From contig OZ244207.1 in the NCBI GenBank assembly GCA_965216875.1, forward strand, positions 5,280,001 through 5,344,000: a DNA stretch of 64,000 nt. The letters are read 5' to 3'. The translations under genes were made by a program, and so were the position numbers. This document shows positions 11,514 to 20,675 of this stretch, piece by piece. Below the pieces are notes generated by a model. That model was not told where the DNA came from. It made no database searches and saw nothing but the letters and a program-made list of their open reading frames with translations. Source of the DNA: Rubripirellula sp. GTDB taxonomy: Bacteria > Planctomycetota > Planctomycetia > Pirellulales > Pirellulaceae. The first letter of the stretch is position 1; every line of letters starts with the position of its first letter.

Positions 11514-12500
11514 CTAGGCCTGCCGTTGACTCGCTGCGACCGCATCGATGATCGCATCGAGATCTTTGGTCGGGGCGTAGCCAATCGCTTCGCGAATGCG
11601 CGTCAGGTCAGGGACGCGGCGACGAATGTCTTCGAACGATTCATCGTAGGCATCCGCGTAGCTCTGGAATTCGACCTTCGCCTCGGGATTCACTCGTTCG
11701 ATCACTCGCTCTGCCAATTCGAGAATCGACACGGGCACATCCGAGCCAATGTTGTAAACACGTCCGGCGGCCGCTGGCGTTTCAACCAACGTGACAACCG
11801 CATTGATCACATCAGCCACATGCGCGAAACAGCGAACCTGCGCACCGTCGTCGTGCACCACAAGCGACTTGCCTTGGATCGCGGCATCAACGAATCGCGG
11901 CAGCACCATGCCGTAGGCGCCGGTTTGGCGTGGGCCGACGACGTTAAAGAAGCGGCCAACCACCACGGGCAATTGTTTCTCTTTGTGAAACGCGAGCGCA
12001 AGAAACTCGTCGATCGCTTTGGAAACACCGTAGCTCCACCGCGGCTTGGTCGTTGCACCAAAGACCAAGTCGTCTTCTTCGGTCCAAGTCTCCTTCGGGT
12101 TTTTTCCATAGACTTCGCTGGTACTTGCGATAAAGCAGGGAACGAAGTCGCCCTTTTCGGCGCGCTGGCCAAGTCGATCCAAAATCAGCTGCGTTGGATA
12201 GACGTTGCGCTCGATCGTTTGAATCGGCTGCTTTGCGATCAGGGCAACGCCGACAGCGGCCGCAAGGTGATAAACACGGTCGGCGCGATCCACCACATCG
12301 GCCACCAGCTGCTCGTCCTCAACTGTCCCTTCGACATATTCCAATCGCTCGTGGGAAATAATGTCCTTGAGGTTGCCTTTTTGGCCGGTCGACAAATCAT
12401 CAACAATGATGACTCGGTGTCCGTCATCCAACAGACGCGAAGCCAGATGCGATCCGATAAAACCAGCCCCACCGGTAATCAGACAAGTTTGTGATGTCAC
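11514..12500 (-). CDS. NAD-dependent nucleotide-sugar epimerase/dehydratase (extended SDR)
   Basis: Motifs LITGGAGFIGSHL, STSEVYG, YGVSK (YxxxK) and RFFNVVGPRQ. Confidence 0.92.
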   Translation of the reverse strand: MTSQTCLITGGAGFIGSHLASRLLDDGHRVIIVDDLSTGQKGNLKDIISHERLEYVEGTVEDEQLVADVVDRADRVYHLAAAVGVALIAKQPIQTIERNVYPTQLILDRLGQRAEKGDFVPCFIASTSEVYGKNPKETWTEEDDLVFGATTKPRWSYGVSKAIDEFLALAFHKEKQLPVVVGRFFNVVGPRQTGAYGMVLPRFVDAAIQGKSLVVHDDGAQVRCFAHVADVINAVVTLVETPAAAGRVYNIGSDVPVSILELAERVIERVNPEAKVEFQSYADAYDESFEDIRRRVPDLTRIREAIGYAPTKDLDAIIDAVAASQRQA

Positions 12501-12878
12501 AACAATTCAGACGAGTATCAAGGAATGGTGATCAAGGCCAGCGTTATGCCCGGTCGTTCACTGCCGTGGACCTGCGGCCGCCCGCCAATCCATGGCGGCT
12601 TGTGGCAACAGGGTAGTGGGGAGAGTCGATGGAGCACCAGTGGGCGATGTTAGGGGAGAAAAGCCCTCCGTAGAGGGAACGTACGTGAGACGACAAGTGA
12701 CAGTTCAGCTGGTTCGTCTCGATCGGTGCAAATGACCGCAAAATCCAGTGTTGGGCAGAGTTTAACGAATGGGTAAGGTGAACGGACGAACTATCAAGTC
12801 TTTTCAACCACCGCTAAACTAATTGGTTCTTTCGGGTCCGCGACTGGCAACGCGAAGGTTGTTTGATCGTGTGGAAAC

Positions 12879-15800
12879 ATGTCCTCTTTTTGTCTCCTCT
12901 GGAGTGTTCGTGTGATAAGGCAGATCGCGTGCCTTGAAAGTCGCCCTAACTCAATCCCCGCCGGCCGCTGCTGGCTAGGTCTTTGGGCGTTGGTCGTTTT
13001 GTCTTTTTGCAGTACCGAAGTACGCGCACAGCAAGATCAAGGCAAATCGAGCGAAGAAGCGATGGCGGCTTATGCCGATGCCGCCAACTTCCAAACCAAC
13101 GGTGCCATCGCTCTAGCGATTGATGCATGGGATGACTATTTGGACAAATACCCAGATGACCCGATGGCATCGATGGCTGCGCATTACTTGGGCGTCTGCC
13201 ACATGCAAAAAGAGTCACCCGATCTGGTTGCTGCCGCCAACGCGTTCGCTCGCGCGCTCAAAGACCCCGACTACGATCTCCGCGAAGAGAGTCTCGCCAA
13301 CCATGGCTGGTGCCTGTACTCATCCGCTGGCGAAGGCCAACAGCGCGACGCCGGTCGCTTGCAGCAAGCGCTCGCGGTTTTCACCAAGCTCAAGCAAGAG
13401 TCGCCCGAGAGTCCCTACCTTGATCGAGCCCTCTTTTACAGCGGGGAAGCTTCGTACGGTCTTGGCAAGGCGAGCGACGCGATTGAATTCTACAACGACT
13501 TCCTAGCGCTCAAAGACGCAAAGGACTCGCCACTTCGCTGCGATGCCTTTTACGCGCGCGGTGTTGCTCAGGAAGAGTTGAAGCAGTTCGACAAAGCGGT
13601 CAACTCCTACAAGCAACTTCTTGACGTTTGCGACGATCGACCTGGGCTTGTCACGGATGTCCACATCCGAATGGGTGACCTTGCGATCCTGCAAAAAAAA
13701 TACGACGAGGCGATCACTGCATTTGGCTCCGCGATTGAATCGACCGAATCGCCCGACGATCAAGCCTACGCAATGTTCCGCCAAGCCTATGCGTTGGTCC
13801 AAAACGGAAAACCGGGCCAAGCCTCTGCGATGTACGACTCCCTAGTCAGTCAGTACCCCAAATCACCGTATGCAGCAAACGCCACGCTTGCGTCGGCGCA
13901 AAGTTCCTATCGCAGCGGCGACCTTGATCGTGCCGCAGATCGATTTCGCCAAGTCTTGAAACAAAACAACGCCGAAGCGGCAACCGAAGCAGCGCACTGG
14001 ATCGCGCGGATCGAGTTCTCTCGCGGCAAACCAACCGAAGCCGAAAAAGTAGCCAAACAACAGCTCGATTCGGGTGCAACCGGCCCCTACACGATGGCAT
14101 TGAATCTCGATCTGGCAGAAGCCTATTCGATGGATCCAGCCAAAGTCGAACAATCGATCACGCTTTTCGAAAAAGCCTATCGGCAAAGCCCACGCGACCC
14201 GCTGGCGCCTCGCGCACTCTACAACGCAGCCTTCTCGGCATTGCAAACAGGCAAGTCGGAACAGGCACTTAAACTCGCTACGGAGTTCATCCGTGCCTTT
14301 CCGAGTGACACACTTGTTCCGGACGTCCGCTTCGTTGCGGCCGAAAGCCAGCTGCTAACGGGCAACCCGTCTGACGCAGCCGACACCTACAAGCAGCTAC
14401 TCAATACCACCCAAGCATCCAACAGCCAGCGTCCGATGTGGTTGCTTCGCGCCGCAGCTGCTTGTAATTCGGCGCGAAAGTTCGACGACACGATCAAACT
14501 GATTCGTGACAACCGCCAAACACTCAAACAACCTGCGCAGCGCGCCGAAGCCCAGTTCATGCTTGGCCAGGCCTTGCTGTATTCGAACCGCGCCTCCGAA
14601 GCAGTCAATGCGTTTCAAGCGAGTCGCAATGCCGACTCCTCTTGGGCTCGATCCGACGAAGCGGCACTCATGACAGGCCAAGCTCAACTTACCTCTGGCG
14701 ATGCCGCTGCCGCGCAAACGACATGGACGTCCCTGGTCAAGCAATCGCCAACAACCGCCGCAGCCGATCAGGCACGCTATCGATTGGCTCAGCGAGCCAA
14801 CGCAAGCGGGCGGTTCGCCGACGCGGTGAGCTACTACGACCAGATCCTGCAATCACGCAAATCCGCTGGGACCGTTCCCTTTGCTCTATACGGCAAGGGT
14901 TGGTCGCTCATCCAAATCGGCAGACACCGCGACGCATTGAAGCCACTTAACGAAGTGCTTGATCAATACCAACAACACTCCGTTCGCAACGACGCAACAC
15001 TCGCTCGCGGCATCGCACTTCGAAACCTCGATCAACTTGATCAAGCGAAACTCGACCTCGAAAACTACCTCGCGATTCCACCGCAAGGTACCAATCTCGG
15101 GCATGCTCTTTACGAACTTGCTTTGATCGACCAACAACAAGATTCGCCTGGCAGCGCCGCGAAACGGCTCAAACGACTCGTCAATGAAGTCCCCGACTAT
15201 CCTGGACTTGAAAAAGTGTTGTATGAACTCGGATGGTCGCTCAAGGAGAGTGGCGATGCCGAAGGCGCGATCGAGCAGTTCGATGTTTTGATTTCTCGCT
15301 ACGGCGAGTCACCCTTGGCGTCGGAAGCTGCCTACTTCGTTGGCCAACGACAATACTCAGAAAGCCAATGGCAAGAAGCCGCCAAGAGCTTCCAGGTCGC
15401 GGCAAGCTATACCGACGATGCCACCCTTTCTGAAAAAGCGCTCTATCGGCTCGGCTGGTCGCACTTCAAGTCGGGTGACTTTGATGCGGCAAGCAATGCG
15501 TTCCAACAACAGTCGTCCAAACATCCCGATGGAAAGCTGACGCTCGATGCGTTGATGATGGTGGGCGAATGCCAATTCAAACAAGCAAACTACCAAGCCG
15601 CCCTTGCAGCGTTTGTTCCGGCGAGACAGCGTATCCGAGCGGCGGGTGACAACTCGAAAACGATTCGTGATTCGGCCGAACGCCAAGTCCGCGAACTGAT
15701 TCTGCTACACGGTGGCCAAAGCGCCGGACAACTCAAACAATGGCAAGACGCGATCGGTTGGTTTGACGAACTGAGAGAGCGTTTTCCGGCAACCGTCTAT

Positions 15801-16229
15801 TTGCCGCAAACATTCTACGAAACCGGCTTTGCCTATCAGCAAAAAGGGGACGACGAAAACGCCCTCAAGTTCTTTGGCGAAGTCGCCGCCAATTACCGCA
15901 ACGAAGTGGCGGCGCGGGCGAGATTCATGATGGGCGAAATCCATTTCGGCCAACAAGCGTTTGACAAGGCGATCCCCGAATTCCAACGGGTCATGTACGG
16001 CTTTGGTGCCGACAAGGCTCCCGATTCCATCAAGAACTGGCAAGCAAAAAGCGGCTTTGAAGCCGGTCGGTGCAGCGAATTGCTCGTCCAGCAAGCAACC
16101 AACAAACAACGCCAACAAAAAGCGATCAACATCGCGAAGGGCTTCTTTGAATACGTGATCGAAAAACACCCTAACCATGAATTGGTCGACAAGTCTCGCC
16201 AACGCCTGGAGGCTTTGACGAAGCAGTGA
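12879..16229 (+). CDS. Exported long tetratricopeptide-repeat protein (YbgF/BamD-like repeats)
   Basis: A hydrophobic segment ending ...EVRA/QQ resembles a signal peptide, followed by many TPR-like repeats (ALYRLGWS, ALFYSGEA, YPKSPYAANA). The true start may lie downstream of 12879. Confidence 0.88.
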   Translation: MSSFCLLWSVRVIRQIACLESRPNSIPAGRCWLGLWALVVLSFCSTEVRAQQDQGKSSEEAMAAYADAANFQTNGAIALAIDAWDDYLDKYPDDPMASMAAHYLGVCHMQKESPDLVAAANAFARALKDPDYDLREESLANHGWCLYSSAGEGQQRDAGRLQQALAVFTKLKQESPESPYLDRALFYSGEASYGLGKASDAIEFYNDFLALKDAKDSPLRCDAFYARGVAQEELKQFDKAVNSYKQLLDVCDDRPGLVTDVHIRMGDLAILQKKYDEAITAFGSAIESTESPDDQAYAMFRQAYALVQNGKPGQASAMYDSLVSQYPKSPYAANATLASAQSSYRSGDLDRAADRFRQVLKQNNAEAATEAAHWIARIEFSRGKPTEAEKVAKQQLDSGATGPYTMALNLDLAEAYSMDPAKVEQSITLFEKAYRQSPRDPLAPRALYNAAFSALQTGKSEQALKLATEFIRAFPSDTLVPDVRFVAAESQLLTGNPSDAADTYKQLLNTTQASNSQRPMWLLRAAAACNSARKFDDTIKLIRDNRQTLKQPAQRAEAQFMLGQALLYSNRASEAVNAFQASRNADSSWARSDEAALMTGQAQLTSGDAAAAQTTWTSLVKQSPTTAAADQARYRLAQRANASGRFADAVSYYDQILQSRKSAGTVPFALYGKGWSLIQIGRHRDALKPLNEVLDQYQQHSVRNDATLARGIALRNLDQLDQAKLDLENYLAIPPQGTNLGHALYELALIDQQQDSPGSAAKRLKRLVNEVPDYPGLEKVLYELGWSLKESGDAEGAIEQFDVLISRYGESPLASEAAYFVGQRQYSESQWQEAAKSFQVAASYTDDATLSEKALYRLGWSHFKSGDFDAASNAFQQQSSKHPDGKLTLDALMMVGECQFKQANYQAALAAFVPARQRIRAAGDNSKTIRDSAERQVRELILLHGGQSAGQLKQWQDAIGWFDELRERFPATVYLPQTFYETGFAYQQKGDDENALKFFGEVAANYRNEVAARARFMMGEIHFGQQAFDKAIPEFQRVMYGFGADKAPDSIKNWQAKSGFEAGRCSELLVQQATNKQRQQKAINIAKGFFEYVIEKHPNHELVDKSRQRLEALTKQ

Positions 16230-17224
16230 AACCGATGACGCCATACCTTCGAAAACCGTCGAAAACAACTTTTACGATGATGCGCTGTGCAATCCTGTGC
16301 ATCTGCGCCGCGTCGATTGCGATGACGTTGTGGGTCCAACCGTCCGCAGCGCAGGATGGTCCACAACCAATCAACGCAGCCGACATCCAAGACATTGTCC
16401 AACAGGATCCCGTGGACGAGGCTAGCGCGCCGCCTCCAAGCGGCATCGATCTACTGACGCTGATCGCACGCGGCGGCAGCTTCATGATCCCGATTGGACT
16501 GATGAGCTTCCTGGTCGTCGCCCTTGCCGCCGAGCGCATGATCAGCCTTCGGCTTAACAAAGTGATGCCGAAAGGCTTGGTAGATGAATTGGAAGAATGC
16601 GCCGATCCCATTGACCGCTTCAATCCAAGTCGCGCCTATCAAGCATGCCTCAATTATCCGTCGTCGGCCTCTCGAGTGATCACGTCGATGCTGATGCGAA
16701 CGGGGCAACCACTCGGCGAAATCGAACGGACCGCCAATGAATCGATTCAACGCGAAGCCGACCAACAATCCTCGGCCATTCGCTGGTTAACCCTGGCCGC
16801 GGCCGCCACGCCGCTAATGGGTTTGCTGGGAACAGTGTGGGGCATGATCGTTGCCTTCCACGAGGCAACCTCACTCACGCCCGACCGCAGTCGCAGCGAG
16901 CAGCTTAGCGAAGGGATTTACACGGCGCTCGTCACCACCTTGGCCGGACTCGTCGTCGCCATCCCCGCGGCGATCCTCGCGTTGTACCTGGAAAACCGTC
17001 TTTCCAAGTTGTTCCACCATGTCGAACAACTCGCCTTTGACATCGCACCGGGACTCGACCGATTCACGGGGCGTCGTCGATTGGATGCCGAAGGAACGAT
17101 GCACTCGATCGAAAGCGCGGCGGCGTCAAAAGCACCGCCGCCTGTCAATTCAGGTGCCCCTCAGCCTCCACCACCTCCGCCCGTCCCATCGAACAAGTCA
17201 CGCGGTGGCGCAAAGGCAGGGTAG
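16226..17224 (+). CDS. exbB: MotA/TolQ/ExbB proton-channel family protein
   Basis: Motifs ATPLMGLLGTVWGMI and GIYTALVTTLAGLVVAIPA. GTGA overlap with the upstream TPR gene. Confidence 0.9.
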   Translation: MKPMTPYLRKPSKTTFTMMRCAILCICAASIAMTLWVQPSAAQDGPQPINAADIQDIVQQDPVDEASAPPPSGIDLLTLIARGGSFMIPIGLMSFLVVALAAERMISLRLNKVMPKGLVDELEECADPIDRFNPSRAYQACLNYPSSASRVITSMLMRTGQPLGEIERTANESIQREADQQSSAIRWLTLAAAATPLMGLLGTVWGMIVAFHEATSLTPDRSRSEQLSEGIYTALVTTLAGLVVAIPAAILALYLENRLSKLFHHVEQLAFDIAPGLDRFTGRRRLDAEGTMHSIESAAASKAPPPVNSGAPQPPPPPPVPSNKSRGGAKAG

Positions 17225-17226
17225 CG

Positions 17227-17649
17227 ATGGCTGTCAAAATCAAACGCTCGAGCGTCGCAAGTACGCTCAGCTTGACACCGCTGATCGACGTCGTCTTCTT
17301 GCTGTTGATTTTCTTTCTGGTCACCAGCGAGTTCGAAGAGGAAGAACGCCGACTCGACATCGTGTTGCCCACGGCAACCAGTGCTGCGCCGATGGTCAAC
17401 AAGCCTCGCGAAATCGTTGTCGACATCGATTCAGAAGGCCAGACTTATCTGGGCGGACAACCCACCAGCCTGGGTGAACTGCAGAAGCTGCTACAAAATG
17501 CGGTAGCAAGCAATCCAACAAACCAAACGGTGGTGATTCGAGCGGATCACACCACAACGTTTCAGCCTGTCGTCAACGTCATGGATCTTTGCAACAAGAC
17601 GGGTGTCAGCGACTATTCCGTCACGACACAAGAAGGTCCCGAAGGCTAA
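17227..17649 (+). CDS. exbD: ExbD/TolR biopolymer transport protein
   Basis: LTPLIDVVFLLLIFFLV with the conserved TM Asp, plus VVIRAD and VVNVMD. Confidence 0.93.
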   Translation: MAVKIKRSSVASTLSLTPLIDVVFLLLIFFLVTSEFEEEERRLDIVLPTATSAAPMVNKPREIVVDIDSEGQTYLGGQPTSLGELQKLLQNAVASNPTNQTVVIRADHTTTFQPVVNVMDLCNKTGVSDYSVTTQEGPEG

Positions 17650-17727
17650 AAGCACACAGGCTAGACAGCACGAAGGCCCGACAACACGCAGGTTCCAAAG
17701 CGTGCAGGTAAAAGAGCCCGAAGCTTA
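17643..17727. repeat. Degenerate tandem repeat of about 16 bp
   Basis: AGG-initiated units start at 17643, 17658, 17674, 17690 and 17706, with AGC at 17722. Confidence 0.45.
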
Positions 17728-17770
17728 GTAAGTCCCAGGGTTATCAAACCGTCACGATTGATCACAAACC

Positions 17771-20554
17771 ATGCCCCGTTCATCGCCACCACCGAAAGCA
17801 ACGCGTTCGAATGAACCCGAGCGTATGTGGGCGCTTGATACGTGCTTGGTCACGCTCTCGGGCTTGGTTCTTTACCTGATCATCACGCGGCTGAGCTTCG
17901 AGGACCCGCGTTGGTTGTACAACGCGTGGACCTACGCCGTCGCTGTACCTGCGATCGCGATCCTGCTGGCAATTTCCTTGCGAGCCTTCGCGAATCGTTT
18001 CGTTCAAAAGTCGGTGCAAATCGGCTTTTTATTCAGTGTCTGTCTGCACTTGGTTTTGTTGATCTTGGCGATCAATGTCGTGATCTTCGCAAAGTACTTT
18101 CCCGACGCGTTCGCGGGTGTGAAGCCAGAGCGGTCTCCGATTCACAAAACCGTTCCCGAACACATCTTCAAGTCACCACGTGAGACCGCGACGGCGCCCG
18201 ATTGGTCCGAACCTGTCGAATCTCAAACCGCTTCGCGGGTGATGCCAGAAGAGCAAAGGCAACTCCCACCGCTCGAGCAGACGCGTCCGCGTTTGGAAAT
18301 GCCCAAGCCACAACCTCAGCGACAACGCATTATCAAGCGAACCTTGATGCGACGCGTTCGGCCCGCGCAGACAAGACCGCAGCCAGCCAATACGCCATCG
18401 ATGCGTGCACGCCAGCAAGCCAATGACAGCCAGCAGGCGCAACCGCTTGAAGCTCCCAATGCTCCCGTCGTTCCGATTCAAGCGCAGGCCCAAGCGAGAA
18501 GCGTTGAGCGCGAGTTGACTCGCAGCGACCGCCGGCAAGCTTCATCCAACGCCGCGGCAATGCGATCGATGATGGCCGATCCATCACCTTCATCGATGTC
18601 GCTTCGCGTCCCCAACACAACGCCACTTTCAGAAGCTCGCAGCCGAACAACCGAATTACCCCAGGTCGGCGAAGTCGGCTTGAGTCAACAGCGTCGCCAA
18701 CGAACACGAGCCAACCAAATGCAACCGGCCGGCGCTGCCCCATCGCCACAAACGGTTGCGGTCGCGCGCTCCGACGCCTCGGCCGAGCGGATGCTCTCGC
18801 CCGTCGAAGTCCCGATGACTCAGCGTGGTCGCACTGCGGGAGCACAATTGCTCGCAGGAGAGAATGCAAGCTCCATGCTTGAATCGACAAGTGTGGCAAC
18901 GAGCGGCGCAGACCTCGCACGGAACAACGTTGCTGCACGAGCAGGCATCCCTAGTATCAGCGCGGGTGACGCAATGCGCGCGCCAGGACGCAGCCCGCGA
19001 GCGTCAACAGGAATTGGTTTTGCGCCAGCCGGCACACCAACGCCGGGAAGCTTGGCAAGCAACGCCAGCGGTGACGCGGCCATCGGAAATCAAGGCACCG
19101 GCAACCAGGCCACGGGGCAAGCGACATCGCAAGATTCAATGGGAACCGGTGACGTCGCAATCCAAGATCGCACCGGCAGCGGCGATCTGGATGCCAGTCG
19201 AAGTGCTCGACGTGGCGGCCGTGGTGCTTCACCCAATCTTTCGGATGTGGTCGCGGCCGGTCCCGCATTCGAAATCGACGCTCCCCTTGGGATGGCCGGC
19301 ATCGGTAATCGTGTCAGTCCCACGGCCGGGTTGATGCCCGCACCTGACATTCCGGACGTCACGGCGATGGAACTGAGCGATGCGCCCCGACCTCGACGCG
19401 AAGTCGGTGGACCAGCAGTCCCCGCCGGCACCGAAATCGCCGCTGTGGAATCGTTCAATCGCCGCATGATGCGGACACAAGGCGGCGCGCTCCCGACCCC
19501 CGCTGGCAAAGTCTTGCCGCCAACCGAGCAAGCGATCGAGCGTGGACTCGCCTATCTGGCAAGCACACAAAACGACGATGGAAGCTGGTCCCTCCAAGGT
19601 CATGGTGAGGAGGTATTGCTGCAAAGTGATACCGCCGCGACCGGACTCTGTTTGCTTGCCTTCCAAGGCGCTGGCTACACGCACCGTCAACATCAGTACG
19701 CCGATACCGTTAGCAAAGGGCTGCGTTTCCTTTTAAAGAACCAGCGCACGACCGGTGACTTGTTCCGCCCCGAAAACGCGTTGAGCAATCGAAACGTCGC
19801 ACTCTACAGCCACGGGATCGCCGCCTTGGCCCTTTCCGAAGCGTATGGGATGACCCAGGATCCTGAGCTGAAACCTGCCGCACAACTCGCACTCGATTTC
19901 ATTGCTGAAACGCAACACCCACAGCGCGGCGGTTGGCGTTACACGCCGGGCATCAGCTCGGACACGAGTGTGAGTGGGTGGATGATGATGTCGCTCAAAA
20001 GTGGTGAACTCGCCGGTTTGGAAGTTCCGCCACAAACTTATGATGGCGTCAACGATTGGTTGGCGCTTGCACAAAGCCCCGATCGCCCGGACCGGTATCG
20101 GTACAACCCGTTCGCTCCCAACACACCTTCACAGCGTCACGGTCGGATCCCAACTCCTACGATGACAGCCGTTGGGATGTTGATGCGGATGTACTCGGGG
20201 TGGCGACGCGAGCGCGAAGAGATGCAGTCGGCCGCCGACTATCTGCTCGACTTCCGTCCCAGTCTCGGCGACACCGATGATCCCAAGCGGGACGGCTACT
20301 ATTGGTACTACGCTACCCAAGTGATGTTCCACATGGGCGGCGATCATTGGGAAAAGTGGAACGAAGCGCTCAATCCGCTGCTGATCGAAGGCCAAATCCG
20401 CGACGGCGCGATGGCTGGAAGCTGGGATCCCGTTCGCCCCGTTCCTGACCGCTGGAGCCCACACGCCGGACGTTTGTACGTCACGACGATGAACCTGCTC
20501 AACCTCGAAGTCTTCTATCGGCATCTGCCAATCTACGACGACACCGCCGAGTGA
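17771..20554 (+). CDS. Membrane-anchored protein with a TonB/TolA-like SxxxH helix, a long low-complexity linker and a C-terminal prenyltransferase/squalene-oxidase-repeat alpha/alpha barrel
   Basis: Three N-terminal hydrophobic segments including FLFSVCLHLVLL, about 450 aa rich in P/Q/R/A/S/G, then AIERGLAYLASTQNDDGSW, GGWRY, YYWYYATQVMF and GSWDP. Confidence 0.82.
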   Translation: MPRSSPPPKATRSNEPERMWALDTCLVTLSGLVLYLIITRLSFEDPRWLYNAWTYAVAVPAIAILLAISLRAFANRFVQKSVQIGFLFSVCLHLVLLILAINVVIFAKYFPDAFAGVKPERSPIHKTVPEHIFKSPRETATAPDWSEPVESQTASRVMPEEQRQLPPLEQTRPRLEMPKPQPQRQRIIKRTLMRRVRPAQTRPQPANTPSMRARQQANDSQQAQPLEAPNAPVVPIQAQAQARSVERELTRSDRRQASSNAAAMRSMMADPSPSSMSLRVPNTTPLSEARSRTTELPQVGEVGLSQQRRQRTRANQMQPAGAAPSPQTVAVARSDASAERMLSPVEVPMTQRGRTAGAQLLAGENASSMLESTSVATSGADLARNNVAARAGIPSISAGDAMRAPGRSPRASTGIGFAPAGTPTPGSLASNASGDAAIGNQGTGNQATGQATSQDSMGTGDVAIQDRTGSGDLDASRSARRGGRGASPNLSDVVAAGPAFEIDAPLGMAGIGNRVSPTAGLMPAPDIPDVTAMELSDAPRPRREVGGPAVPAGTEIAAVESFNRRMMRTQGGALPTPAGKVLPPTEQAIERGLAYLASTQNDDGSWSLQGHGEEVLLQSDTAATGLCLLAFQGAGYTHRQHQYADTVSKGLRFLLKNQRTTGDLFRPENALSNRNVALYSHGIAALALSEAYGMTQDPELKPAAQLALDFIAETQHPQRGGWRYTPGISSDTSVSGWMMMSLKSGELAGLEVPPQTYDGVNDWLALAQSPDRPDRYRYNPFAPNTPSQRHGRIPTPTMTAVGMLMRMYSGWRREREEMQSAADYLLDFRPSLGDTDDPKRDGYYWYYATQVMFHMGGDHWEKWNEALNPLLIEGQIRDGAMAGSWDPVRPVPDRWSPHAGRLYVTTMNLLNLEVFYRHLPIYDDTAE

Positions 20555-20560
20555 TTTCAA

Positions 20561-20675
20561 CGTCGCGTGTGTACTTGAACGCACCGCGGGAGGGCGAGGC
20601 TCCCGCCGAGCTGTAGGGTGTGTGCTTGCACGCACCAAGAACAAATTCCCCCACGTGAGTTCGGTGCGTACACGT
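20561..20675. repeat. REP-like palindrome cluster between convergent genes
   Basis: gtagggtgtgtgcttgcacgcacc, a degenerate copy cgtcgcgtgtgtacttgaacgcacc, an inverse remnant ggtgcgtacacg, and gggagggcgaggctcccgccgagc. Confidence 0.6.

Noticed and set aside
19520..20554. Squalene-hopene cyclase linked to hpnD/hpnE
   Set aside because: Only one barrel domain, no DxDD motif, and it lies more than 40 kb from the hpn genes inside an exbBD operon
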